64,000 nucleotides of DNA, taken from the NCBI GenBank assembly GCA_010015805.1, contig ML978122.1:372001-436000 (forward strand). Direction: 5' to 3'. Below the pieces are notes generated by a model. The model searched no databases, was not told the DNA's origin, and saw only the letters and a list, made by a program, of their open reading frames with translations. Positions 10,651-22,879 of the stretch are shown here, one piece after another. Within the stretch, counting starts at the first letter, position 1; each line of letters opens with the position of its first letter. This DNA is from Rhizodiscina lignyota. Lineage: Eukaryota. The position numbers were made by a program, and so were the translations under genes.

Positions 10651-10926
10651 ATTAGCTGTTTCGATAAATATTTTTTAAAGTACGTACTGGGGGATTGTAT
10701 GTTTTGGATCATGCATGCCACCGTGGCATGCCACCAACTATTGAGAGGGGGGGTATTTGAAACTGTACATATACTCACTGTTCTTAAGACGTACCTGGCA
10801 CCATGCTCCATACAATCCTTGCGCACAGCCCTTAATCACAACCTATGCAGAACATAATATCCTTGTCAAGATTCTCTTTCGATGCACGTTTACTTTTGCA
10901 CATGTGGTGAAGTGCCCTCGTCTTTC

Positions 10927-12312
10927 ATGGCCAGGTCGTCTCTTCGCCCGATGCCACCGCAGCGACAGCGCCGACAGTGCAGCACTTCCTTACGACCACC
11001 CTTACCACCCCACATACCTCCCGGAGTACCGGCGGCAACTCGTGGCCCCGTGGTGGCGAGGCTGCGTGCGACGCATCAAAATGCTTGGCGTAGAGGTTTT
11101 GCTTTCCGGCTCCTCTCCCACAACTCTCTCTTCTCCACGCTCATGCCTCACCCTCTGCGATACAACAACGACGTCCTTTACCAGGCTGGAGTTGGTTTAC
11201 TTCTGCTCTGGCTCGTCATAGCAGATGGCCTCGTCTATATTTCTTTATTTTTTCGGCCCTCCCTAGACCACGCGTGTCACACAGCACGGCCTGAGGCGCC
11301 ACCAAGATCGGAACCACAACAGTGCCCCAAGGTGCATGCACACCACTGCAGATAAGCATCGCAGACGCCTTGACCTTCTTCAAGGCTGCTCGCAATATCC
11401 ACGAGCTCATTCACCCCATTTGCATCGAAGTACGGAGCAGGTATGTTCCTTCATGTCCGAGCCTGGTAAGAGCCGCCTCGCCCACAACTCCGTCAAAATT
11501 GTCAGCACTGAGTGCTTCGCGACCAACAAGATTGATCTGACGACTAGAGCAAAGGCCATATCGCGACGCCACCCTTCGAAACGCGTCTCCTCATGTGCAC
11601 CAAGACGCCAGTCAACAAGCTCCTTAGGCTTCGCACCCCCGGCAGCAAACCGCAGAAGAGGTCAAACACAAATCGACGCAAACGTCTTGCCTGTTCGCAA
11701 CCAGTGGACAAGAAGCTGTGACGACTATAGTCTTTCAGACTGGCCCGTAGTCTCTTTGAGTTGACGTGGTTCCTCATCGAGAGCAGCGACCTTTATCGCC
11801 CACACTCTCAACATGTGCCGCGTCCAGGCGTCGAACATCATGTAGTAAGATATAAACCGGGTAGATCTTGGATCATGGCTAACAAGCGTAGTTCGTATCG
11901 TCGTCTCCATCGGAAAAGATGCAGTCTGAAGACTACTAGCCTCTTGCCTGACACCACGGTCCCAAAGATGAAGCTCTACGCTATCATGCTTCACTTGAAC
12001 AACAGACAGGGCAAACATAGAAGTGCATCTCGTATGTCCATCTTGCAACGGGGTCTCAATGTTTACGCTCGGTTGTCATGAGTGACTGACGATCGTGACA
12101 GCCAAAACGCCGACAATGCAGCGGAGACCATCCAACGAAGACGACAACCATCCTCAAGGAGCACGAGAGCAGCAGGGACGAGACGACACGGTGCCCATCC
12201 CCAACCATATCCTAGTGGCATCATGGACGCAGTCCGAGACGTCCAGTCCACCAAGCATACTACGTCGATCTGGATCAACAGCCTCATGGAAAGTACCAGG
12301 CATAGGAGATAA
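10927..12312 (+). pseudogene. Possible decayed or orphan multi-exon gene
   Basis: Intron-like segments (~11845-11890 GTAAGA...GCTAAC...TAG; ~12032-12100 GTATGT...CTGAC...CAG) link short ORF pieces. No continuous frame or recognisable domain. Confidence 0.3.
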
Positions 12313-12519
12313 GGATGCCTAGGTCGTTGATCACTCCAGGTAAGTAGCCGTTCAGTCTGAGACCCTTGTCTGTAATGCTGATTCGGTCCAGTGACCCGCA
12401 CGCCACAACCTCACTGCGCGGAATCAGCTTCATCCCAGCTCTTCATCCAATAGCCAACATTGAGGCACACACCATGTTCTAGAGTCTGGACACGCTCTCT
12501 TATCCAACCAACGACAACT

Positions 12520-12904
12520 GTTTTAGTTTTGGGCGGGTTTGCGGTCCCGAAAAAGAAAGAAAAACCAGCGATTCTTGTCGATATTTTGTCGACGTCCAAG
12601 GACCGGGCCACCTCCCGGATGCTTTTGTTCTGGCTTCTCTCTGGGCTTCTCTCTGGTGTTGGACTCGGGTTTAGCGGTCCCCGGATACTACCCAGGCTAG
12701 GGTAGTTGTCCAGAAAACCAGCCTGCTTTCTTGTCGATATTTGTCGACGTCCATGGGACCGGGCGCCCTCCCGACTTTCCTTTGTTTGTTCCTTGGTTTT
12801 GGGTTTTTTGGTTTTGGGTTTTGCGGTTCCCCCGTCGTCTGTTGGCTGGGTCGACAGGCGGCGACAAAACGCAGCGATTTTTTTAAAAAAAAAAAACCCA
12901 AAAC
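12520..12904 (+). repeat. Array of three ~130-150-bp units with a conserved scaffold and a variable hairpin insert (third unit truncated)
   Basis: Units start GGGTTT(A/T)GCGGT(T)CCC at ~12535, ~12667 and ~12816, followed by AAAAC(C/G)(C)AGC. Units 1-2 continue CTTGTCGATA(T)TTTGTCGACGTCCA..GGACCGGGC..CCTCCCG. Confidence 0.8.
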
Positions 12905-12938
12905 ATGTAAATAAAAATATCTTTCTCTGTTCACATCC

Positions 12939-14549
12939 ATGGTCGTATTCTTGAGCGTTCTTGAAGTGATCACGGCGGCGCGGGATCATTGTAGTGATAG
13001 TGAGTTGTCCTTGCATCGCTCTTCGTTACTGCTTTCTCTTTACTGACCGTTTATGATTTAGGCCTCGTATCCCACCCATGTCTTGGTCCGTCCTGGTGCT
13101 CAAGTCGCATTGGATGAGACAAGTACCGGCCAGGAGCCCAACATTTGTGCTCTCAAAGACTCCATCTGGAAGAGCAGTTCACTCTCAGAGCAGCCACCAC
13201 AAGCCGACCACGCAAGACCAGTCGCGAAGCTCAGACAAAATCTAGATCCTTGCTCCCTATCTAGAGCAGCGCATGCTTCTATGGCAACTCGAGAGCTCAT
13301 CGAATAGGAGATGGCATATAATGAGAGCATGTCGGTATGGCTTCCGTCTGTTGGAACACAGAGACTGTATGGTGGTGTGCGATGTCTGAAAGGGGGCTTC
13401 ATTGCCCGGCAAGTCCTCAAGTCGACATTCCGTAGCTGTTCAGAGAGCTGACTTGGAAGTCTGTCTGATAGATGGTTTCGCAACCGCTCGACTGTCCTTC
13501 GGTCAATACTCTTGCCACATAATTCGTCGTCCTGTCCGATCGATCGATCTGCCTGCCGCAATTGGCCACCGAATCTCTGCGACGCACCAAGCATATCGTC
13601 TATCTGATATACCGTTCGAGCAGCTCGTTGCAGAAATTTTACTGTCGCAAATGTCGAACGCCATATCGTGGCCTTCCACACCCCTGAAAAACATGAGGGG
13701 CCGGCGCACGAGGCCATAAAAAGCGCAATCGAGAGCATTGTTGGTCGCCATTCTCGATACAACAGCAACTGCCAGCGCAGCCCTGCCGCCCCTCCTGGGC
13801 TGGAATATACAATATACCACATCGTACACTTGGTGATGAGGAGGAACACAGACAAAGCCAGGTAGCAGCACCACGCGTCTGGATCTAGTATCCTCGCCGA
13901 GCTCCTTGAAGACGACTTTGTACATTTGCAAGGTACGTTGAGGATCGAGGGCAGGACATCGCTGACGCAGCTTGAAGCAGGCATTGAACAAGTACTCCCG
14001 GAGAAGGTACCTCGATCAGAATGGCCTCCATGGCAGCGTGATTCTTGAAGTGCACAAGTGAGTTTCCTCGACGGCGGCGGCCACTCCCATGCTATTTCGA
14101 TCCTTTGCTGACTCCATTGCGCATCCGAATCTCTTGTCCGCCGGAATCCCGTCAGGAATGGAATTCTTCGGCACCTGCAGTACCCGAATGGCAGGTACGC
14201 TGCATGAGTTTCCGCCAATGGCAGCAGAGAGATGGAGAAGGCGTACGACCACATCAGTAGTATTGCTGATTTCAACTCGAGTTCTTCGAACCCTGCGCCA
14301 TCCTCGCTTGACGTTACATTGACTTCAGCGATCTCCTGTGAGCAATATCTGATCATCTCAATGGGAAGATGTGAATCTCCGCCGGCCATTCGTAGCGCGG
14401 TACGTTGTGCTCCTTTCTCTAGATGCCCTGATGCTTTCATGATGTACACAATTCGAAAGCGTGATACCGATGAGCTCCGAAAAACACGTGTGAGACCCGC
14501 TGAACAGCACCCCAATACCTTCTCTTTGCTGGACCATGGAACTTGTTGA
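12939..14549 (+). pseudogene. Possible decayed multi-exon gene of unknown family
   Basis: Canonical + strand intron signals (13000-13061 GTGAGT..CTGAC..TAG; 13933-13980 GTACGT..GCTGAC..CAG; GTGAGT at ~14058). A 471-codon stop-free antisense frame (13100-14515) lies in register with a + frame broken by several stops. Confidence 0.35.
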
Positions 14550-17500
14550 TTTCAGACAGTTAACATTCTGCAACAGGATCTGTCTCCAGAACGATTCTCG
14601 ATATCCACTGCGAAACGTCGCACAGACAGGTTGTTCGTGGACAATTCATAGCGCGGTGCGTCGTATTTCTCCTTTTGTGAAAATGTCTTCGTGATGAAAG
14701 CACCGAAGTGAGAAGCAAGGATGAGCTTTCCAATTTTTCTACTACGGTATCCTGATTCGCAGGCCCATACCTTCCATTCGCTGGGCCAGAGAACTCGATG
14801 TCAGACGGTTACCATGCATTGCAGAATCTGTCTCGGGGACGATTTTCGACATCCATTGGAAATATCGCATAAACGGGAGGTGCTTTGTCGGTAATTCGTA
14901 GCATGGTACGTCGTATTTCCTTGTCCAGATTCATGAATTCTTGCGATGATGACACCGAACCAATGTCCAAAAACCTTAGTGCAGAGCAGAGTGGGGGGAG
15001 GGCCTCCCACGCTGAAGAGAATTGGCCAAATGTATCTGAACAAAATCTACCAGATTGTGTCCACGTTGCATCAGTAACTTGTTGGCATCAGACCGCTGAC
15101 AGCTGAAGCAGGCTATATCTCGAGCACGGGTTTCGACGTCCATTCAAAAATATCGCAAGGTACGTCGGACTTTCTCCTCTTCCTTGACATATCACTGTGA
15201 TGGGCGAAATCCCTCAAAACTAAGCAATGACGATGCTGTGGCTTTGAGAGCCAAATCTCGAAGCCGCTCTTTTGGTTTCTTTCTCTCATCTTGTTCCGCA
15301 GTAACGCTATCGAGATGGATGTAGAGCATTGTCTAGTCATTAGATAATGACACGTTATCCGATGTCCAAGAGCGGATCGACAGGAGTGGCATTAGGTCAG
15401 CCACCATCACAGACATTGGCAGCAGGACCTTTCATAAAGTCCATGAGTTCTGTGATGCAGATGGCCGAAGCGATGACAATGACGACTTCGGAATTTAGCC
15501 ATGTATGCAGCAACCGCCTTTCCAGTGGCTCAGCTTCCGAACTCAACACAAGTTTCATTCCAGAGCCTGTGATTGCTCAAAAGGAGCGAGTCTTCGACAA
15601 CAATTCATATCGGCATAAATGGAGAAGATGGATCCTGATGAGAGTCGGCGGAGCATCCGAACATATCCTGTAATGTCGTTCAGCAGCCGAGTCATTCATC
15701 AATATGGACGAAGAGGTGCCGCTTTTTGAAGTCTTGTCCAGCAGAGGTCCCCAGGATGGTGCCATCGTTAAGATAAGATCATCAGTTGTATTTATTCGTG
15801 TGGTGTCCAGATTTTGCTTCTCTCGGAATAGGAGGGCATATTGTACCTCAAGTGATGGGATAATGTTTCGGCTTGACTGCTCGCTAAGTCGACCTGGCTC
15901 CAAAGAAGTTGGCGATAATGGGACGACGCTCCTCTCGGCTCATATTGTCGATGTGATGAAGTCAAGCAGTTGAGGCAAAAGACAACAGCAGCTACTGACT
16001 TCCACATATATCCGCTGGATGGTGGGGGAGTGCCCGTTGATTTGTGGACGCCAGTGGCATATATCGCTTCCCAATAGTGTGATGAAAGGCTTTGGACACG
16101 TCTAGAGGGACTGAAAGTCTTCCAAGTCCTGATGGCAATGGCATGCTGATCATTTTATGCGTCACAGGGTTTCCAGAATCGCGCATCCCAAATATCCGCT
16201 TCGGTTCTATCCAGGCTGGGGCCGCCTTTTGACAACTGCAGAGCATAGTGGTGACGATTTCAACGCTGGCCGTGTCCCCGCATCCCGTCCCAGCCGAGAC
16301 GTAAGTTGCAGCGAGTCGCCGATGGAGACTAAGGATCTCGGCTCCGGTTCCGGTGGTTTTGCTCTCTGCAAGATCTCGATCCGCCAAAGGATGGCCTGTG
16401 ATAATTTTCTTACTTCCCAGTCTTTGGAAATGGAGTGTGAGAATATCGCAGGGTTGGTCCGCTAACGATTGAGGGGAACATCGAATGTACTTGAGGTACC
16501 GCTGCCAAACAATTCGAGTATAGGGAATCTCATCGCCTGCAACGTCGACATTGACACATTGCAGGAAGGCGTCGGTTCGAGGTCGAGATCGAGATTGGAC
16601 ATCAAGAAGAGGCATGTGTCCTGCGATATGGATAGGAGGCTGAAGCGCAGCAAAACAGGCTTCGTAAAAGAGCCGAAAAGGTCGCAAGATGTCTGGCGAT
16701 GAAAGCTAGTCGAACGGAGTGATGAGCCTTCTTCGGTGGCTTCGCGTGTGGAAGATGGGAAGTCTCAGAGCGATGGCGCGCTTCGTGCGAGACCCGTAGG
16801 AGAAGTAGCATTGTCACAAAGTGTTTGAATTCGGCCGTGCTGCAATTCGTTCGTTGTGTCCAGTGCAAGAGTTCCATCTCATCCCCAGGTGCTAGGCCCG
16901 CGGTGAATACGGCCATGAGAACAGGTCAACAAAAGAAAGAGCTTGGATCGAGGAAAGGTTTGACAGCCGCTGGTGGGAGTCGATATGTTCGACGATAAGC
17001 TTTGCGCACTTCCAAAGCAAACCGTCGGCCAAGTATTCACAGTGTGTCATTCGATGTATTCCTCAAATTGTTCCGGAGATTTATTTCGCAAGAGGCCCAC
17101 CGTCGTCATTGGACAAAATCTTCGCCAGCTAGAGGGGGCTAAGGCCCGGCATTCTCGGACTCATCATGCCTCCTGTCTTGGACCGTCCTGTTGGCAGCTC
17201 TCACCATGTCTCTTAACAAGAATATACAAGCCAGTCAGGGAGGAGGTAGAGTGGAGTGACGACGAAAGGATTCGACAATGCTGCAGATCGCCGACTATAC
17301 GAAATATTTGACAGATTAGAGATTCAAGATTCGACTCTGGAAATATATCAGCAGATTTAAGCAACAATAATAATCAGGCCAATTCAATATTAGTGCGATC
17401 GCTCTCAGCAAATGTAACGAATATGCTCCGGGTATGTTACATCACCAGACCACCAAGCAGTCCAGTGATGACATGTTAGAGTGCATAACATGAGAGAGGG

Positions 17501-18895
17501 TGATCGTCATTCCTAATGGTCAAAGTAACCTTATGACCGCACTCGCTTGTTGTCTCACTCACTGAGTCGTCGGAGGCCGGGCTGCTCGATGACAGGACCT
17601 AGCAGTGGGAAGTGTAGGCATCACTTCCACGAGGAAGCACCACATCAGGTGGAGATTGTTCTTAACATCAAGGTCGTTGAAGTGTAAAGCTGAGATGCAA
17701 CTCGACGTCAGCGAGCTGCACTCTTCCAGTCCGAGGGTGGGAGGTTGGTTCGGACTCGGTGCAGCGACCTCTCTTAGCGGCTAGAGTGCTAGCGAGGCCT
17801 GAGAGCTGCTTCACTGTCGCTATTGCCGCTCATGGCTGCGGATGTTTGTTGAGGAGTCGCATCAGAGCTGGGGAAAATACCGCGCTCGGCTTGAGTTGTC
17901 GCTTGGGACGCGTCGCGGGCTCTGTGAGGCAAGAGCAACCCTCGCTGTCATTTGTCGTACGATCCTCAGCTGTTCAGTGGTACGATCGCTCTGAAGTTGC
18001 TCACATCGGGGTTTGTTGATACGCGCATCCAGGCGGTGGTCATCCTATGTGGTGTTCACATCGCTAGTGGTGGCTCATCGTGACACTGCTGTTGGCGACC
18101 AACCTCCCCTCGCAGTCCACACTGATTAGCAGTCTCTGAGTCTTCAGATGGCGACTCGCTGATAGGTCTGAGTTGGTCTCAAGGCATGCTGCCTCAGAAA
18201 GACTGCACAGGGGTGAGGGTGGCCGTCGGTGTGGTTGTTGTGGCACGGATGAAGTGCATCGCCAGATCGCCGCCATGGGTGGTGAGATCGCACAAATCTG
18301 CGAGGAGCACTCACTGCAGCAAGTTTGCAGGTCCTTGAGAGTTGCTACGCGTTCCCACTCCATGAGTTGGCGATGAATGCGGGCCTGTAGGTATGTAGGT
18401 TGATGGCGGTGGTGAGGATAGAATTGCGGTGGGACGAGCGAAGGAAGCTTGGCTTGCAGCCAACCACGCTTTAGGGAGGCGCGGACCGAACGGCCGGCAC
18501 AGCTCATCCCCTGGATCACACAGGACCAGGACATCCACCAAGGGACACCTGCAGCATCTCCAACACGATCGCGCCAGGCCAATTCCATTCACACTGCATA
18601 TCACCACCAGAGCTTCAACGCATCTATCAGCCCTACCGTTGCCAGCAGCTGCAGCTGCTTCCAGGCATTGTAAGTAGCCTCCGTCTTTGTTCCACCATCC
18701 CTCCTCCCCTGCTCCCTGCTACAGCTCGATGCCTGCACGTCATGTTCGCCGTTGTGGTGCCTAGCACTACTAGCTGGCATTGTTTCAGACGGCTCTTCGC
18801 ATATGTGGACACAGCCAAACTCTTGTTCTAGAGCTTCAACCTTTGCACAAGCCCGAGTGCGACGAGTATTCTAACAGCTGCACGCTTCAACAGCC

Positions 18896-20805
18896 ATGGC
18901 CTCCAACCGGACCAGCTCTGGTGGTGTGCGGTCCCTGCGAGCGATGTTCGAGAATCCGGCAGAGCAAGCCTCGTCGCCGGAGACTCGTGGTCGCAGCCCG
19001 GCGGCAAGCGTCACAAGTAACAGCGAGCGTCCTCTCTCGAAAGTTCGGACTAGCTTCGTCGCTGTGGAAGCTAGTGGGCAGCTCTCGAGGACGCTAAGTC
19101 GCACGGAGAGCCAGCAGAGAGACACAAGTCGAGGTACGTAAACCACTCCATTTACACGGCCGCGAAACCCGACACGAGAGCCCTTCACCACGATCTCTAT
19201 ATTTCATTACACCTTACAGGCACACTTCCCCGTACTTACAGCTTGGACGACGAACATCTTAGAGGCGACAGCCTCCATGCGTGGAAGATGTTCGACAGCG
19301 TGGATCTTAAAATTAGATTCGCTGACTTCTCCCAAGCGGTATCAGAACGATCACAGTCTATTGCCGAAGAACCAACCTCTCAATCGCCCTCTGCCTCCAG
19401 GGCAATTCCTGATGCACCAGAAACACCCGCGCCTCCAATCGAGACAGTCATTGGCAAGATCAGAAAGTTATCAAGCAACAAGGAGTCGGACTCGAACCCG
19501 GACAAGCCAGTTTCGACTGCTGAGGATACGGAAGCAGAGCTTAAGCCTGCGGATCCAAAAGACGAAGCGACAGTTTCTGGAGGTGATGGCCTGTCTCCTC
19601 CACAAGAAAACATTCCACCGCTGGCGAAGATTGCAGCGGAGAAGACAGCAGTGGAAGAATCAGCAAGAGACGAGGTGCCGAAGGAACAAGAGAATGACGA
19701 GCTAGCAATTGCGTCGCCTGAAGCTGTGATTGCAACGCCTTCTCCGGCACCCAAATCAACGCCAGCCAAAGTCAATGGCACCCCTACCCCTACGCGATCA
19801 ATTGGACTTGCGGCGAAAATGACGCCCAAACCCACTCCATCTCCTGCAATTGAGCGACCTTCTCGTCCAACTCCGATTTCTTCTGCGAAAGGCCCACCGG
19901 AACCTACCGAGTCGCTCGAGTCTACGGCGGAGTCTAATCTTCCAGTATCCAAAATGCCAATTACACCTACCTCTCCAACACCTGCGAAATCGATGGCACC
20001 GCCAGCAAGGAGCCCTGCACCAACATCCACCAAGTCCACGACTTCGTACATGAAGCCCACAAGCACGTCTGCGCACCATAACCAGACGAACGGCACCACC
20101 AAGGTCCCACCGCGCCCCTCGTTCCGCAGCTCAACTGCTTCTGTCTCATCCATCACATCAACCACAACAACTGGCACGCGCACAGCAGGCGGCTTCATCA
20201 AGCCTCGTCCCAAGTCGCCCACACGGCCTGTCAAGTTGCCCTCCCATCTCGTTGCGCCGACAGCAAGTAGCGCTGCGAAGCATGATGGTCCAGGGGCCGC
20301 CGGCCCAACCCCATCACTCGGTCGCAAGGCGTCAATCCGCAGTCTTGGGAGCGCAAGAGGCCCGTCCGGTCCGCCGAAGCTGACTATCTCAAGCCGCGAT
20401 CGCAGGCCGAAGAAAGAGGAGGCACGCAGTCCAGTCGCGAGCAAGAGTGCACCAGATGAGAGCTTCTTGGCCAGGATGATGAGGCCGACTGCGAGTAGTG
20501 CGAGCAAGGTTCGCTCTAGGGACGAAGTCCCGCCGGTGCCGAAGGTGAAAATCAGTCCGGCAAAGAAGGTTGGCGCAAGATCGCCGCACGCTGAGCGCAA
20601 GAAGGAGATGGAAGATGTGGCTGAGGCAGTAGATCATGTCAAAGATGAGGAAGATGTCCCGATTGAAGAAGTAGACGAGACGGTAGAAGAGGCTGCACAT
20701 GACATTGAGCCCGCTGCTGCCGAGCCGGAGCACGTGGTCGAGGACCATCCAGAGGACGCGGCAGAAGAGATGCAAGCAGAGGATGTTTTAGCCGTCGAAG
20801 AGTAG
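18896..20805 (+). CDS. Pro/Ser/Thr-rich, largely disordered fungal protein with acidic tail; spliced
   Basis: Exon 1 MASNRTSSGGVRSLRAMFEN...SKVRTSFVAVE with a GTACGT donor at ~19134. Long exon to TAG 20805 contains RPKSPTRPVKLPSHLVAPTASSAAK and SFLARMMRPTASSASK. Confidence 0.85.
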
Positions 20806-21834
20806 CTGATATAGCGACATCGTTCGGAGTTTGTCTTTTTGCTGATTTTCTGAGGGAAAAGCTTGATACCACTAAAGTTATACTGAATTAAGATTGGCTG
20901 GAGGCCTAGGGACTGTCGACTCTGTCTTGAATGTCCGTCTTCGCCTCGGCCCTTCTCATCCCTGATTATGCATGTGAGCATTCTAATTTGCACTTCCGGA
21001 CGAAGTCACAAGTCCATGGAGAAGAGTCGTCTCAACCCCTGTAAAGGCCACAAATATGATGTTTAAGGTTCGTGAGAGCAGCTTCTGAGCTACAATTCTT
21101 GTGATGTATCTTATCAATCACGTACTCGCCATGGCACCAATTTAAGTCCACATTGTTAAATTCACTAGTCAGCGTTTATTCGTCGATGCTCCTCTAACTG
21201 GGGTAATACGGAGATGCGTTGATATTTACTTCTGGAATTTTCTTTGCATCAGCCATCGAAGTGCATTCTGCCACCTCACACAGATCGTGGGAAGCTTCAA
21301 AAACCCTGTAACTTACCTTCTGTCAGATCATCGCGTGGGACTTCAGGTAAGGGATCCAAGTGGCAGGAGGAATCGTCCCGATTATCGTTAATGAGTCGGG
21401 TATTGTAGCCAATGTTCTATATAAAAAGAACTAGTGTCCTACTGACTATTCAGAACTCGGATGCTGAGCATTACGATGCTCTGTAATTGCTTGCGATTTA
21501 TGCCAAGCAATGTCGACATTGGAATCTCCTATGGGTGTGCGGATATCGACAGCCCCTATTGTTCTGCGCGGCCGCAGCTATTGCATAGCCTGCTTCCTAC
21601 CAATACTAGCAATTTCAGGCAAAATGATAGACAGCCAAAAGGAGAGGAAGGTTACCCACAACACCTCCGAACACCATATCATAATACAAGGCAGAGCGGC
21701 TTGGGACGCGGAAGACCTTCAAACATTGTATTCAATATCAATAGAAGCCAGCTCATAGACCTCGAGACTTTGCTGAACTCAAGCATCATACATCGTTAGT
21801 CATCTCATCATAGCCATCGCACCATAATGTACGC

Positions 21835-22879
21835 CTACGCCTCCTCTTCCTGCTTAACAACCTCATTCCTATACAGCGGCGCAACCTCCACCTCCCTAAC
21901 CCAGAGCTTCCACGCCCTTCCCACCGCCTTTCCCATCGCCTCCCACGCATCACCCGCCTCCTTCTCGCTCAGAAACTTCAACTTCTTCCCCACATCCCCG
22001 CCCACCTTCCCACTCTTAATCTTCCCTCCCCCCTCTACATCAACCTTCCCCTCCATCCCCGCCCCATCAAGCTCCAGCGCCCACGCCGCCTGATTATGCA
22101 ACGCCGTAGACTGCACAATCGCTGCCTCGCGCGTGTAAATGGCCTGGAAGACCGCGTGCTCGACGCTTGCGGCGCAGGTGGTGAAGCCGTGCCCGCGCAT
22201 CAGCACGACGGGGTGGTCTGGAAATTGCGAGGGGTCGGGAGGCTTGCCGCCGATGGAGGGAGGGAGGGCGGAGCGCATCTTTTGGTAGATGAAGGAGGTG
22301 CTGGTGGCGGGTTTGAAGGACGCAGCGAGGGAATGGGCGAAGGTAAGGTTGGAGGCGAGGAAATTGTGGTTAGAAGAGGCGGATGAGATGTCCCATACGG
22401 GAGTGGATGATCCTGCGTTGCGTCAGTGATGGGCATATGATTGAGCGTGGGCAGATTCAGGTACCGAGAAAGCCCGTCATGTGTGTCATTGACTTGAGCG
22501 GCACGCTGCCAACACAGTATGGCAGCACGTCGGTGCAATGGCTATGAATGACGCAGTTGACACCTGGGAATTTCTTGTACATCTCGGCGTGGATGTAGCG
22601 CTCTGAGAAATGCTGTCTCTTCTCCGCGTCTTCCTTCTCCATTACCTCGCCATCCTCGATCTTGTACTCGATCAGATCATCTCCCGAGGTCAGCAGCGCA
22701 GGTGCGAGATTCTGAGGGAGCCAGAACGACGCTGTTGGATTGTCTGGATTGCGGACAGAGACATGACCGTACGCGTCGAGAACGGAGTGATAGTGGAGGA
22801 TGTGGTGAGCAGAGATCAGAGCGCTGTACAGATCATCGAGGTACAGCTTTTCGCGTTTGCCAAAGTAGCCTTCGGACAT
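21835..22879 (-). CDS. Class II aldolase/adducin N-terminal domain protein; spliced
   Basis: HILHYHSVLDAYGHVSVRNP, ERYIHAEMYK, CVIHSH and VVLMRGHG, which are the metal-binding His motifs of this family. Confidence 0.9.

Larger units (their letters stand above)
10350..10778 (-). repeat. Tandem cassette copy 2 (429 bp)
   Basis: Collinear with copy 1; separated from it by a 52-bp spacer (10298-10349) that shares only GATGAT with the copy-1 flank. Confidence 0.92.

Noticed and set aside
13100..14515. 471-aa minus-strand ORF
   Set aside because: Non-ATG start, no domain and Cys/Arg/Ser-rich composition; the splice signals here are on the + strand, so it is probably an antisense shadow.
8300..17400. 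Starship, transposase, reverse transcriptase or Fanzor gene explaining the island
   Set aside because: No tyrosine recombinase, DDE, RT or RuvC motifs recognised in any listed frame.
19380..20600. 406-aa minus-strand ORF (likewise 32264-33205, 23512-24267, 49232-49990 and 45428-46090)
   Set aside because: Antisense or alternative-frame shadows of well-supported genes.
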